Shown here: piece by piece, positions 35,417 to 49,700 of the stretch
Layout of the letters: each line of letters starts with the position of its first letter
Numbering within the stretch: position 1 is the first letter of the stretch
Source of the DNA: Auanema rhodensis
Lineage: Eukaryota > Animalia > Nematoda
NCBI GenBank assembly: GCA_964057225.1
Contig: OZ059895.1
Span: 14,074,001 to 14,138,000, forward strand
DNA length: 64,000 nucleotides
Direction: 5' to 3'
The notes under the pieces: generated by a model
What the model saw: the letters and a program-made list of their open reading frames with translations, nothing else
Told to the model about the DNA's origin: nothing
The model's database searches: none
Made by a program: the position numbers and the translations under genes

Positions 35417-37255
35417 AGGGATAAAGAGAGAGAGAGAGAGAGAGAGAGGGATGAAGAGTATATGTTAGCTGAAGGATGCGATTGACGACAAACTAACATG
35501 GCGATAATGATGAGCGTAGAAATACATGTATATGATTGAAAAATAAGAGAAAGAAAGAAAATGAGGAAATAGCTGGATATTAGATGTAAATGAGGTCAAA
35601 TATATTCGTTATCCATATGTAAAATCTTAAAAGATATTCTCAAATAACAGTCAAAATACATAGATTTAGAGTCAAAACAACCATACCATGGATATCAAGA
35701 AGGTAGGATGGATACAGGAAAATTCAGAAGATTCTATGCTTAGAGAAAGAGAGAGAATATGAGGGAGAAGGAGAGTGAGGGAGGGGGGAGAGAGGAGAAA
35801 TAGAAACAGTCAATTGCTTGGCTTCATCTTGTGTTGTCGTATGGACATCCGATGTCCGGATCTGTCGGCGGTGTCGTCATCATCATCATACGTCGGTCCT
35901 ACCGACCGAATGTTGTCAGCTGCTGTACGGGCTAGGTTCTCCCTCAGCCTAACAGGGCTGTTCCAAACGAGACAGTTTTGAAAAGCGCGATTGTCTGATA
36001 CATGGAATGCTGACGATTTGATGCGATTGACGTTGAAAGATGATGAAAGAAGATGTACAGAAACGAACGTGGCGAAACAATGAATACAGATTCTCCCTGA
36101 GGCATATTTCCGGCTAGAATGAGACTTAGCGAAAATCTTTTTTCGGTTATTCTTCATCAAAATAGTGAGAATAATGATGAATGACAGTTAAAAGAGGAAA
36201 TGAGTCAGACAACTGATTTGCAAAATTTTAATCTTTCTCAGCCAAAATTTCTGTAATAATAGGATGAAGGTAGAGAGTTCGAAACCAGATTTCACAGATA
36301 TTCTGCAAAACCTTAGAGAGAAGAGACCTTGATGCTAAAACAGAAAATACACATTTGTTATGAGAATTGTTCGAGAAATTGAGAAATTACGGAAGAAAAA
36401 ATGATTAGTAAGTCAAACTGAGAGCAATAGATTGGTTGAAATTCACAAGATGGGAAGGTCAAATGCGTTCAATTGAAATCTTCAGCAACGACTACTGTTA
36501 CTTCTACTGCTGCTGCTACTGCTGCTGTCCTCGTACTTATAAAATTTTTATTTTTTTTTCAATTTAATTAATAAAATATTTATATAATATAATAAAAGAT
36601 TATAACAAGATGAAACTTGATGAATGAAGTAAAAGGAAGATCGATCAAAGGTGAGTTCAACATGTAGAGGCAGTACTAGTTGGAAGGAGGAGAAGAGTAA
36701 TTAGCTGAATGGACCGTGGAGCGTGGATGAGGACAACGATCGTCGATCGTAACGAAGAAAGCAACGACTACAGTGATGACGACGAAGAGAACGATGAGTG
36801 TGAAGATGAAGAACAGAAGGATGAAGGAGGATGACGACAAAGTGAGAGAAGGTAGTAGTAGTAGTAGTACATGAATGTAAGGACAGTTGAAAGGAAGAAA
36901 AGAGGAAAAATGCGAAATTTCAATGAAAGAGATCGACCTGAGTTTGAGAAGCTAATTGAGATGCCGTTCTGAAGTTCATCTGACCTTCACAATACTCACC
37001 TGTCAACAATCAAAATGGTTTTAAGGATAAAAAAAAGAATTTTTCATGCACAACGGTGTTGTATTTGCTATTTAAAAAAACATTTTGTTGAGAAATACCA
37101 AGGTAAAACATGTTTAAATCTGGTTGAAGGTTAAAATAATAAAATAGAAATTATAATAATATATAAGATATAGTTAAGTTTAAAGAAAATACAGGTGTTT
37201 ATAAAAAGTTTATGTTCTTCAATGTTTTAACCTTTTAATTTTACCTCTTAATAGA

Positions 37256-37317
<62 letters not shown>

Positions 37318-39938
37318 AAGAGAAATTTACGTGAAATTAAGAAAAACAACAACAGCAACAACAACAACGTGAGGAAAGAAATTGAATGAATGAATGAGAA
37401 TGAGTGATCATGTCCTGTCCTATATAGAAGAATGAGATCAGGCAAATAAGAAAATGAAAAGCGAGATGTATCTCGCTTATGATGATGATGAAGATGATCA
37501 TCATCATTCTCACATATTTGGATAATAAAATAGAAAAAATAATAGAAATATGGTGTATATTAATAATTTTTAATATTAAAATAATTCAAAACTATTAATC
37601 TTATTTGTAAAATTAAAAGAAAATTTATAGTTAGATCGTTATACATAGATATGTTTATGGTTATTTTTAGATTTTAAAGTTTTATTATAGTTATATTATA
37701 GTTATTTTTCATTATAATATAGATTAATAGTTAGTATAGTTAGTATAGTTAGTATAGTTAGTATAGTTATACAGAAAGTTTTATATAAAACTCTCTGACT
37801 ATACTAAGATTTTACTATACTTTTCACAAAATGTCTTTACGAAGTTACATACGTAGGGAGTAGAGAGGTAGGTGAGAATGATGATGGTTTTTACTGTACT
37901 TTTAGCTGTCGTACAAACTTAATTGCTAAATAGACGACAGATTTCGAGAAAAAAATTAATACAGTTTTTGAATTCAATGGTATTGCCAGAGGGCTTAATT
38001 GAGATCTGCGAGTCCGGATGATGACACAGACTGTATGATAGGCAAGAGGACAGGTGTAAGAGAAGTGTTTATCTTTGTACAATCATGTTTTGGATAAGGA
38101 AACTTCTGATTGATGTAAGTTATTTGAATGGCGCTTCGTCATCTTCTTCACATGCCGTCAAGAAGGATGATGTCAGACAGATGAACTGGATTTTACATCG
38201 AGAGAGGGGAAGAGTGAGAGAGGAGGGAAAAAGAGAGGTAAGACGACAGAAATGGATAGATACTATGCGGTAGTTTTTCATATAAAGCTTATTTCAGTCG
38301 GCAAGTTTGTTCTTTTCTATGAAAATCCCATTCAAATTCTTTATTCATTCGATTTTCTCTGACAGTTTTAATGCCAAATGTTATCTTTTATTCTATGAAA
38401 AACGGTATAAAATGATTGAGATGAGTATTAGAAATTTTCTTATTCCTTCATTTTCAACTTGAAAAGAAATTCTTAACAGAGACAGAGGGAGAGAGAGAAC
38501 GAGAAAGAGAGAGAGAGAGAGAGAGACAGAGAAAAAAAGAGAGAGAGAGGAAGTGCTAAGAGAGGTCCTTTGACATATATTGAAGAAGTCTGGAAAAAGT
38601 TGTGGAAGAAGCCAAGACAGGAAAAGCTTCATAATGGGTTACGGTTGATTGAATACTCACAACTACAATATGAAAATGAAGGAATAATATACTCATATAG
38701 TTAGTGGAACATAAATAAAATAATTTTGAAAAAGAAATCTGAAAGTCAAACTGTTGAGAAGAAGAAAAATCAAAGAAATACCATCAAAATGCATTTCTTT
38801 CTGCCTAATTTGTTAATTTTTATCTTTTTCTCTGAACCTCTTCATCACTCTCTCTCTCTCTCTTCTTCTCTCTCTTTCTCTCTCTTCCACTGTTTGTATA
38901 TTCTCTTATTATGGTCTAATAGCTTATGCTTCAATTCTTTTTAAAGTTTTAATCATCATTAATGATGCTGATGATGTAAAGTAGAGGAAGCTTCTCTGAC
39001 TAAATGATCATCAGACCTGTTCCAACTACTGGTCATTCATTTTTCTCTAATTCTCTTAATCATCTATACTATTTTCTAGTTGGAAAAAACATCAGCAGCG
39101 ATATGCTTTGAATAGAGGAGGAATAGCTGGAACATGGTTGTTCATGTATTGGCTTCGGAACATTCACATGAACGTTGAAACGACAAAAAACCAGAACATA
39201 CATACATAGCTTTTCCTCTGTTCGCTTGCCAAGCCTTCGTTCGTACTTCTTCATCTCGCACACACAACCACATCATAAGTTTTATTTTATGAATTTCAAA
39301 AAAAAAATGAAAAATTGAAGAGAAAAATAGTATTTTAATGAATTTTTTATAAAATTTATAAAATAATTATGGAAATTTGAAGTAAAATATATGAAAAATG
39401 ATTCTGACTTCTGACTTGCATATGTGGAAAGTCTCAAGATGGTCATGAAGGCAGAGAAATAGATACGTGTAGATAATTACAATTCTGAAAGCTTTAGAAG
39501 GACATTAGTAGTCGTTGATGTGAAAAAAAAAATATTTTGATTGAATTTTAGCACAGAAGGACATCAGACATCTGTCATGTTCAACTAACTATTACGTATA
39601 GTTAATGACTTCATGAGGATATGCAAGAATCTGATGAATAATGAACTTCAGAAGGCCAAACAAGTCAAACGAAATAGAAGAAAATTGAGGGTGTAAGATA
39701 TCCAATGACAAAGACGACCATGACAGTACCGAGGTTGGCATAGAAAGTAAGAAAAGCGATTAAAGGAATTGACATCAGTTGAAATGAAAGGAAAAGCTAG
39801 AGAAAAGAAAAGAAAAACGAATGTCTTCTTCTATAAAAGGAAATTTATAATTTCTATTACGATCTTTAAACTATATAGCACGGTTATAGTAAAAATATGT
39901 TAACTATTCCTTCATTTTTTCATTGTCGGTCATTCTAA

Positions 39939-39941
<3 letters not shown>

Positions 39942-39998
<57 letters not shown>

Positions 39999-40015
39999 GA
40001 GAGAGAGAGAGAGAG
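39942..40015. repeat. (GA)n microsatellite, representative of many (e.g. ~863-905, 15196-15238, 16104-16150, 31648-31704, 34145-34182, 35385-35448, 37260-37320)
   Basis: Read directly from the sequence. Confidence 0.95.
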
Positions 40016-41554
40016 TGAGGAAGCGATGGCACAACTAGAAGAGGTCATGCATTGCAGTAACTGTAAAAGCCAATTGTTATGTTGCCGACATAGCAAAATC
40101 ATAATAAATGATGATTATGATGATGATGACCGTATAAGGTAATAGTTAGACAGACGATGTCCGATTGAACTAGACATGACCTAACATCATGAGCATGATC
40201 AACACATGAGGCCAGGTGGGTAATATGAAAGAAAGCACATGACGTTGATGTCTTCATCTCACTCTCTCTCTCTCTCTCATTACATGTTGTTATAACCGAA
40301 AATAGTCTTACATACTATTACTAGATTTAGATTTAGAACATGGAAAGAATATGATGAATTGAAGCAGAAATAATCAAAGAATTCAAAATAATTATATGAA
40401 TAAAGTTAAATTATTTAAAATATAATAACTTATATTAATTTATATTTAAATAAGATATGAGGAAATTCATGTAAACCCACAAAAAAAACTAAAAAAAGAG
40501 CGAAAAAGGGTAATTACAATACAAAGTACTCAAAGAATTGTATGTAAGCTCGCTTACAGAAGGCAATTATAACCGGAAGAATTCAGAAGCAATTGAGGTC
40601 ATGGGCGGTGACAATGCGGACACGGTCACACAATGAAAAGAAAATACAGAATAAGTAGAAAAATGGAGAAAAGGAAACACCAAAAGAGCATTTCTGTGAT
40701 TTTATTTTCAGAGAGAAATCAATAATTGAAATTTTAGAAAAATCTTCTAATCGAATAATTAGGTGTGTCTGCTTATTCTGTTCGTTGAACTTCCTCGGAT
40801 GCTACCCATTTAGAGGCTTCAGAACACTCCTTCAAACTACAAAAAAAACCAAAAATGTATGGCATACCGAATAGAGGTGTTGAAATTCGTGAAAAATCAA
40901 TATTTGGAAAGAAAAAGGTTTTTATTTTCTTAATTAGATCAAAATAAAAATACTATGTTAACTTGACAAATCAATTATTTTTATATATTATATGTATGTC
41001 TGATTATTTAAACAAACTGTCCCTCTATCCATTTCTTGAGAGATGAACATTTCCAAAAACAGGGTTGAAATCGAAATAATAGAATATTTTTAGAAAAAAA
41101 CATATATTTTGATTGAATATATACTATATAAACTCTCAAAATATCTAAAATTATTGAAGTTTTTTTTAGTTTGTAGAAGATTTCTGGTGTCTGTAAGATA
41201 GGGGCATCGGGCATTTCATCGCAAATGACTGTAGTTATTTCATTTTTTTTCTTTCAACCCTATACTTTATTAAAAAAATTCTAAATATTATAATAAATAT
41301 AATTTATCTGCAAATATATATATATATATAAATATAAATATATTTTATTTGGTCTAATAAATAACAAAGAAAATATAGTTTTGTATAATTTAGAAAATTC
41401 TAAGAAAATATTTCAATGCTTCAATAAACAATCTTATTTTTTATAATTATTATAAAGATTAAACAACAACAAATTCAAAAAATCATTTTATTATTATAAA
41501 TATAATTAATAAAATCTGATATCGAAATAGATAAATTGAGTATTTGTAGTTAAA

Positions 41555-43102
41555 TTATTTAATTTCTATACTTTTTATACTTCTTTCATAAGGTTGTATA
41601 GTCTTAATATCAATTGAATTCAAATCTAAGAGAAAATGAATGAATAATCTTCAATTTCAGTTTTTAAAAATTTTAATTTACTTGATTTCATTATTAATCT
41701 TTTCAACATATTTATGAAAACTCGTCGATATTCTGTATGTCCAAATAATAAAATAATTGAATTAGCACTACCATGTATGGAAAAGATTAAAACTGCAATA
41801 AATCCAACAACTATAATTTTGTATTTTAAAAGAATTTTTATTTCAAAAAGAAAAAAAACCTGTTGATTTGAATATCATCATTGAAATAATAGGACCAGCC
41901 ATTAATAACATTGGAATACTTATCTAAAATATAAATAATAATATACAAATCTATTATATGAATTACATATATCTCAGGATTGTGCATCTCTAATTATTTT
42001 GCGAATCGGACCGTTTTCGCGAAAAAATCCCAAAAATCAACAAGAGGAATGAGAAATTAAAATGATCCGGTCCGGTCCGCAAGATCCGTAGTACCGTTTA
42101 CGGATGCGAATCTAGCGAAATACCTCAATATTTCGGATTTTTTGGATATCCAGTCCGCACAACCCTGGTATATAGATATGTAAATATGTTACAAACTTGT
42201 AGAATTAATGTTCTTAGAAGAGATTTTTGCAGTCTTCGAGTTCGTTTCGATAAGTTGGAAGTATTTGAAACTAAAGTTTGTATACAAATAGTTAAAGTTA
42301 ATGCCCATAAAATAGCAACTAATAATAAATGAATACAATAATGAATAGCTGTATATGCTATACGATCATATAATATTATAATATAATTATCTGATAATAA
42401 TATTAAATTATAATTATTTTTACAAATATTTAAATTCTAAAATATTATTTTTACATTATTTTATATAAAAAATACATTAAAAACAAACTTCTAATTGCTT
42501 AAGTTTATCAACATATTCATCTGATGTCACTAAATATACATTTAAAGCAAAAAATATACATAAACCATGTCCATATATTAAAAATAATTTATGAAGATAT
42601 TTATTGTAAAAAACTGGATGAGATGTTGGTACTATAGCTCTTGTTCGATATAATAACATATGTGTATAGATTCCAACTACTTCTGTTAATAATAGTTACA
42701 ACTTTTTAAAAGCTTAGCAAGTTGTTATGATGTACCGAAACCGCATAAAATGCCTATGTATGCGTTGAGCATGAATGGCATTCCTATCTTGGCTCCGAAA
42801 CCTGATTGACGGAAAGCCCAGATCACAGGATGAATTGTAACAGTGCAACTTATGCTGACTATAAAATCTTGCATGATAAAGCTTCAAGATATTATATTAA
42901 TTTTAAAATTAAATTAATTTCATGAACTAACTAACCACAACAGATGACATATTAAGAAATACTTATAAGGAGACATTTGTGATGGAGAATATTGTATAAT
43001 AATATAGAATGTTATAGAAAATAATAAAAAATTAATAGTAAACACAATATCTTGTGAAAATACATATAAATCATCGTTTTCTATTAAAATTTCCGTACAC
43101 AT
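41555..43102 (-). CDS. Nematode chemoreceptor GPCR, srh/sri-like; paralogue of 23706-25268
   Basis: Exons MCTEILIE...QMSPYKYFLICHLLC, WAFRQSGFG, YRTRAIVPTSHPV, NLSKRTRRLQKSLLRTLILQ and SIHGSANSIILLFGHTEYRRV. Intron positions match those of the + strand paralogue. Confidence 0.85.
41975..42167. mobile_element. Short non-autonomous DNA transposon (MITE, hAT-like termini) in an intron of the second srh gene
   Basis: GC-richer 193-bp island in an AT-rich intron, with termini CAGGATTGTGC ... GCACAACCCTG (11-bp inverted repeat, 1 mismatch) and internal TCCGG/TCCG repeats. The 8-bp flanks ATATATCT / GTATATAG match only partly. Confidence 0.55.
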
Positions 43103-43626
43103 CTATATGATATAGTTAAGAATAATTCTGCAATTAGGCTATACACAACGATGTTTTAACAATAAATATTTCAAAATACGAAAACAAATGAACAAAAACG
43201 AGATGAATTTCAAAACTTTTGATTCATGCAAAGTGAAAAATTATTTATTTTTCCAACAAAGAAAAAAAAAGAAAATTTATAAGAACAAATAATAGAAATA
43301 TGTTATACTTTCATATAATTTATCTAAATGCCACAACATCAAGATTACATATAAACGTGCAGATGTTTAAGTTCAACAAAAAAAATTATAAAATACTTTG
43401 AACTATGAAAGTTTCATGAAAAAAAGTTTTTAATCTTGAACATATGATCAACTCATTTTACCATATATATATATATATATGTATATCAGCACATTGAATG
43501 TGAACATTGAACAACAGAAATCTCAGATGTTTTTTTGAAATATATATTCTCTCAAGTTTAATAATTCAGTTAACATCAGAGTTCAAAGTAACTCAAGCAC
43601 ACATGTCACAAGGCTCTCTGAAAAAC

Positions 43627-43729
43627 AGACACAACACGTATTCATACCATGCGACAGCGAGGAGACACTGCTTTATTGGTTTAATTACCAAAGTTTGAAG
43701 TACTTTCCTGATTCAACCAGAAACATTCT
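43627..43729 (+). pseudogene. Degenerate, truncated SL1 RNA gene in opposite orientation at the left array border
   Basis: 43678-43699 GGTTTAATTACCAAAGTTTGAA (2 mismatches to SL1) followed by GTACTTTCCTGATTCAACCAGAAACATTCT, cut before the Sm site. Upstream remnants AGACACAACACGT and GAGGAGACACTGCTT are retained. Confidence 0.85.
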
Positions 43730-43730
43730 C

Positions 43731-46700
43731 ATCACATAGACGTGTTGTGTCTCTCCCCCCAACATGATAAAGACCGTCTCTCTTGACTAGACACCATGGG
43801 TCATACACACGTGTAGGCTACATCGAACTTGGCTCATCTCAACTACAATTCCCAGAATGATTATCATCTTCGTTGATTTTTCATTTTTAAAAATCCAAAG
43901 AACTTGATTCATCCAATGATTTTCGATTCATGTTGCTCTCCAGTGGAGAGCGTTCCAAAATTTAATTCGAACACAGAATGTTTCTGGTTGAATCAGGAAA
44001 GTACCTCAAACTTGGGTAATTAAACCGACGAAGCAGTGTCACCTCCCAGTGGCATCAATGCACATGTCGTATCACATAGACGTGTTGTGTCTCTCCCCCC
44101 AACATGATATAGACCGTCTCTCTTGACTAGACACCATGGGTCATACACACGTGTAGGCTACATCGAACTTGGCTCATCTCAACTACAATTCCCAGAATGA
44201 TTATCATCTTCGTTGATTTTTCATTTTTAAAAATCCAAAGAACTTGATTCATCCAATGATTTTCGATTCATGTTGCTCTCCAGTGGAGAGCGTTCCAAAA
44301 TTTAATTCGAACACAGAATGTTTCTGGTTGAATCAGGAAAGTACCTCAAACTTGGGTAATTAAACCGACGAAGCAGTGTCACCTCCCAGTGGCATCAATG
44401 CACATGTCGTATCACATAGACGTGTTGTGTCTCTCCCCCCAACATGATATAGACCGTCTCTCTTGACTAGACACCATGGGTCATACACACGTGTAGGCTA
44501 CATCGAACTTGGCTCATCTCAACTACAATTCCCAGAATGATTATCATCTTCGTTGATTTTTCATTTTTAAAAATCCAAAGAACTTGATTCATCCAATGAT
44601 TTTCGATTCATGTTGCTCTCCAGTGGAGAGCGTTCCAAAATTTAATTCGAACACAGAATGTTTCTGGTTGAATCAGGAAAGTACCTCAAACTTGGGTAAT
44701 TAAACCGACGAAGCAGTGTCACCTCCCAGTGGCATCAATGCACATGTCGTATCACATAGACGTGTTGTGTCTCTCCCCCCAACATGATATAGACCGTCTC
44801 TCTTGACTAGACACCATGGGTCATACACACGTGTAGGCTACATCGAACTTGGCTCATCTCAACTACAATTCCCAGAATGATTATCATCTTCGTTGATTTT
44901 TCATTTTTAAAAATCCAAAGAACTTGATTCATCCAATGATTTTCGATTCATGTTGCTCTCCAGTGGAGAGCGTTCCAAAATTTAATTCGAACACAGAATG
45001 TTTCTGGTTGAATCAGGAAAGTACCTCAAACTTGGGTAATTAAACCGACGAAGCAGTGTCACCTCCCAGTGGCATCAATGCACATGTCGTATCACATAGA
45101 CGTGTTGTGTCTCTCCCCCCAACATGATATAGACCGTCTCTCTTGACTAGACACCATGGGTCATACACACGTGTAGGCTACATCGAACTTGGCTCATCTC
45201 AACTACAATTCCCAGAATGATTATCATCTTCGTTGATTTTTCATTTTTAAAAATCCAAAGAACTTGATTCATCCAATGATTTTCGATTCATGTTGCTCTC
45301 CAGTGGAGAGCGTTCCAAAATTTAATTCGAACACAGAATGTTTCTGGTTGAATCAGGAAAGTACCTCAAACTTGGGTAATTAAACCGACGAAGCAGTGTC
45401 ACCTCCCAGTGGCATCAATGCACATGTCGTATCACATAGACGTGTTGTGTCTCTCCCCCCAACATGATATAGACCGTCTCTCTTGACTAGACACCATGGG
45501 TCATACACACGTGTAGGCTACATCGAACTTGGCTCATCTCAACTACAATTCCCAGAATGATTATCATCTTCGTTGATTTTTCATTTTTAAAAATCCAAAG
45601 AACTTGATTCATCCAATGATTTTCGATTCATGTTGCTCTCCAGTGGAGAGCGTTCCAAAATTTAATTCGAACACAGAATGTTTCTGGTTGAATCAGGAAA
45701 GTACCTCAAACTTGGGTAATTAAACCGACGAAGCAGTGTCACCTCCCAGTGGCATCAATGCACATGTCGTATCACATAGACGTGTTGTGTCTCTCCCCCC
45801 AACATGATATAGACCGTCTCTCTTGACTAGACACCATGGGTCATACACACGTGTAGGCTACATCGAACTTGGCTCATCTCAACTACAATTCCCAGAATGA
45901 TTATCATCTTCGTTGATTTTTCATTTTTAAAAATCCAAAGAACTTGATTCATCCAATGATTTTCGATTCATGTTGCTCTCCAGTGGAGAGCGTTCCAAAA
46001 TTTAATTCGAACACAGAATGTTTCTGGTTGAATCAGGAAAGTACCTCAAACTTGGGTAATTAAACCGAAGAAGCAGTGTCACCTCCCAGTGGCATCAATG
46101 CACGTGTCGTATCACATAGACGTGTTGTGTCTCTCCCCCCAACATGGTATAGACCGTCTCTCTTGACTAGACACCATGGGTCATACACACGTGTAGGCTA
46201 CATCCGAACTTGGCTCATCTCAACTATAATTCCCAGAATGATTATCATTTTCGTTGATTTTTCAATTTTAAAAATCCAAAGAACTTGATTCATCCAATGA
46301 TTTTCGATTCATGTTGCTCTCCAATGGAGAGCGTTCCAAAATTTAATTCGAACACAGAATGTTTCTGGTTGAATCAGGAAAGTACCTCAAACTTGGGTAA
46401 TTAAACCGACGATGCAGTGTCACCTCCCAGTGGCATCAATGCACGTGTCGTATCACATAGACGTGTTGTGTCTCTCCCCCCAACATGGTATAGACCGTCT
46501 CTCTTGACTAGACACCATGGGTCATACACACGTGTAGGCTACATCCGAACTTGGCTCATCTCAACTATAATTCCCAGAATGATTATCATCTTCGTTGATT
46601 TTTCAATTTTAAAATTCCAAAGAACTTGATTCATCCAATGATTTTCGATTCATGTTGCTCTCCAGTGGAGAGCGTTCCAAAATTTAATTCGAACACAGAA

Positions 46701-49700
46701 TGTTTCTGGTTGAATCAGGAAAGTACCTCAAACTTGGGTAATTAAACCGACGAAGCAGTGTCACCTCCCAGTGGCATCAATGCAAGTGTCGTATCACATA
46801 GACGTGTTGTATCTCTCCCCCCAACATGGTATAGACCGTCTCTCTTGACTAGACACCATGGGTCATACACACGTGTAGGCTACATCCGAACTTGGCTCAT
46901 CTCAACTATAATTCCCAGAATGATTATCATTTTCGTTGATTTTTCAATTTTAAAAATCCAAAGAACTTGATTCATCCAATGATTTTCGATTCATGTTGCT
47001 CTCCAGTGGAGAGCGTTCCAAAATTTAATTCGAACACAGAATGTTTCTGGTTGAATCAGGAAAGTACCTCAAACTTGGGTAATTAAACCGACGATGCAGT
47101 GTCACCTCCCAGTGGCATCAATGCAAGTGTCGTATCACATAGACGTGTTGTGTCTCTCCCCCCAACATGATAAAGACCGTCTCTCTTGACTAGACACCAT
47201 GGGTCATACACACGTGTAGGCTACATCGAACTTGGCTCATCTCAACTATAATTCCCAGAATGATTATCATCTTCGTTGATTTTTCAATTTTAAAATTCCA
47301 AAGAACTTGATTCATCCAATGATTTTCGATTCATGTTGCTCTCCAGTGGAGAGCGTTCCAAAATTTAATTCGAACACAGAATGTTTCTGGTTGAATCAGG
47401 AAAGTACCTCAAACTTGGGTAATTAAACCGACGATGTAGTGTCACCTCCCAGTGGCATCAATGCAAGTGTCGTATCACATAGACGTGTTGTATCTCTCCC
47501 CCCAACATGATAAAGACCGTCTCTCTTGACTAGACACCATGGGTCATACACACGTGTAGGCTACATCCGAACTTGGCTCATCTCAACTATAATTCCCAGA
47601 ATGATTATCATTTTCGTTGATTTTTCAATTTTAAAAATCCAAAGAACTTGATTCTTCCAATGATTTTCGATTCATGTTGCTCTCCAGTGGAGAGCGTTCC
47701 AAAATTTAATTCGAACACAGAATGTTTCTGGTTGAATCAGGAAAGTACCTCAAACTTGGGTAATTAAACCGACGATGCAGTGTCACCTCCCAGTGGCATC
47801 AATGCAAGTGTCGTATCACATAGACGTGTTGTATCTCTCCCCCCAACATGATAAAGACCGTCTCTCTTGACTAGACACCATGAGTCATACACACGTGTAG
47901 GCTACATCCGAACTTGGCTCATCTCAACTATAATTCCCAGAATGATTATCATTTTCGTTGATTTTTCAATTTTAAAAATCCAAAGAACTTGATTCATCCA
48001 ATGATTTTCGATTCATGTTGCTCTCCAATGGAGAGCGTTCCAAAATTTAATTCGAACACAGAATGTTTCTGGTTGAATCAGGAAAGTACCTCAAACTTGG
48101 GTAATTAAACCGACGATGCAGTGTCACCTCCCAGTGGCATCAATGCAAGTGTCGTATCACATAGACGTGTTGTATCTCTCCCCCCAACATGGTATAGACC
48201 GTCTCTCTTGACTAGACACCATGGGTCATACACACGTGTAGGCTACATCCGAACTTGGCTCATCTCAACTATAATTCCCAGAATGATTATCATTTTCGTT
48301 GATTTTTCAATTTTAAAAATCCAAAGAACTTGATTCATCCAATGATTTTCGATTCATGTTGCTCTCCAATGGAGAGCGTTCCAAAATTTAATTCGAACAC
48401 AGAATGTTTCTGGTTGAATCAGGAAAGTACCTCAAACTTGGGTAATTAAACCGATGAAGTAGTGTCACCTCCCAGTGGCATCAATGCACGTGTCGTATCA
48501 CATAGACGTGTTGTGTCTCTCCCCCCAACATGATAAAGACCGTCTCTCTTGACTAGACACCATGGGTCATACACACGTGTAGGCTACAACGAACTTGGCT
48601 CATCTCAACTATAATTCCCAGAATGATTATCATTTTCGTTGATTTTTCAATTTTAAAAATCCAAAGAACTTGATTCATCCAATGATTTTCGATTCATGTT
48701 GCTCTCCAATGGAGAGCGTTCCAAAATTTAATTCGAACACAGAATGTTTCTGGTTGAATCAGGAAAGTACCTCAAACTTGGGTAATTAAACCGACGATGC
48801 AGTGTCACCTCCCAGTGGCATCAATGCACGTGTCGTATCACATAGACGTGCTGTGTCTCTCCCCCCAACATGGTATAGACCGTCTCTCTTGACTAGACAC
48901 CATGGGTCATACACACGTGTAGGCTACATCCGAACTTGGCTCATCTCAACTACAATTCCCAGAATGATTATCATCCTCATTGATTTTTCAATTTTAAAAA
49001 TCCAAAGAACTTGATTCATCTAATGATTTTCGATTCATGTTGCTCTCCAGTGGAGAGCGTTCCAAAATTTAATTCGAACACAGAATGTTTCTGGTTGAAT
49101 CAGGAAAGTACCTCAAACTTGGGTAATTAAACCGACGATGTAGTGTCACCTCCCAGTGGCATCAATGCAAGTGTCGTATCACATAGACGTGTTGTATCTC
49201 TCCCCCCAACATGATAAAGACCGTCTCTCTTGACTAGACACCATGGGTCATACACACGTGTAGGCTACATCCGAACTTGGCTCATCTTAACTATAATTCC
49301 CAGAATGATTATCATTTTCGTTGATTTTTCAATTTTAAAAATCCAAAGAACTTGATTCTTCCAATGATTTTCGATTCATGTTGCTCTCCAGTGGAGAGCG
49401 TTCCAAAATTTAATTCGAACACAGAATGTTTCTGGTTGAATCAGGAAAGTACCTCAAACTTGGGTAATTAAACCGACGATGCAGTCTCACCTCCCAGTGG
49501 CATCAATGCAAGTGTCGTATCACATAGACGTGTTGTATCTCTCCCCCCAACATGGTATAGACCGTCTCTCTTGACTAGACACCATGGGTCATGCACACGT
49601 GGAGGCTACATCTGAACTTGGCTCATCTCAACTATAATTCCCAGAATGATTATCATTTTCGTTGATTTTTCAATTTTAAAAATCCAAAGAACTTGATTCT

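Noticed and set aside
43100-43730. Telomere-addition or programmed DNA elimination break site at the gene/array boundary
   Set aside because: No TTAGGC tracts and no motif I can reliably recognise; this needs germline versus soma coverage data.
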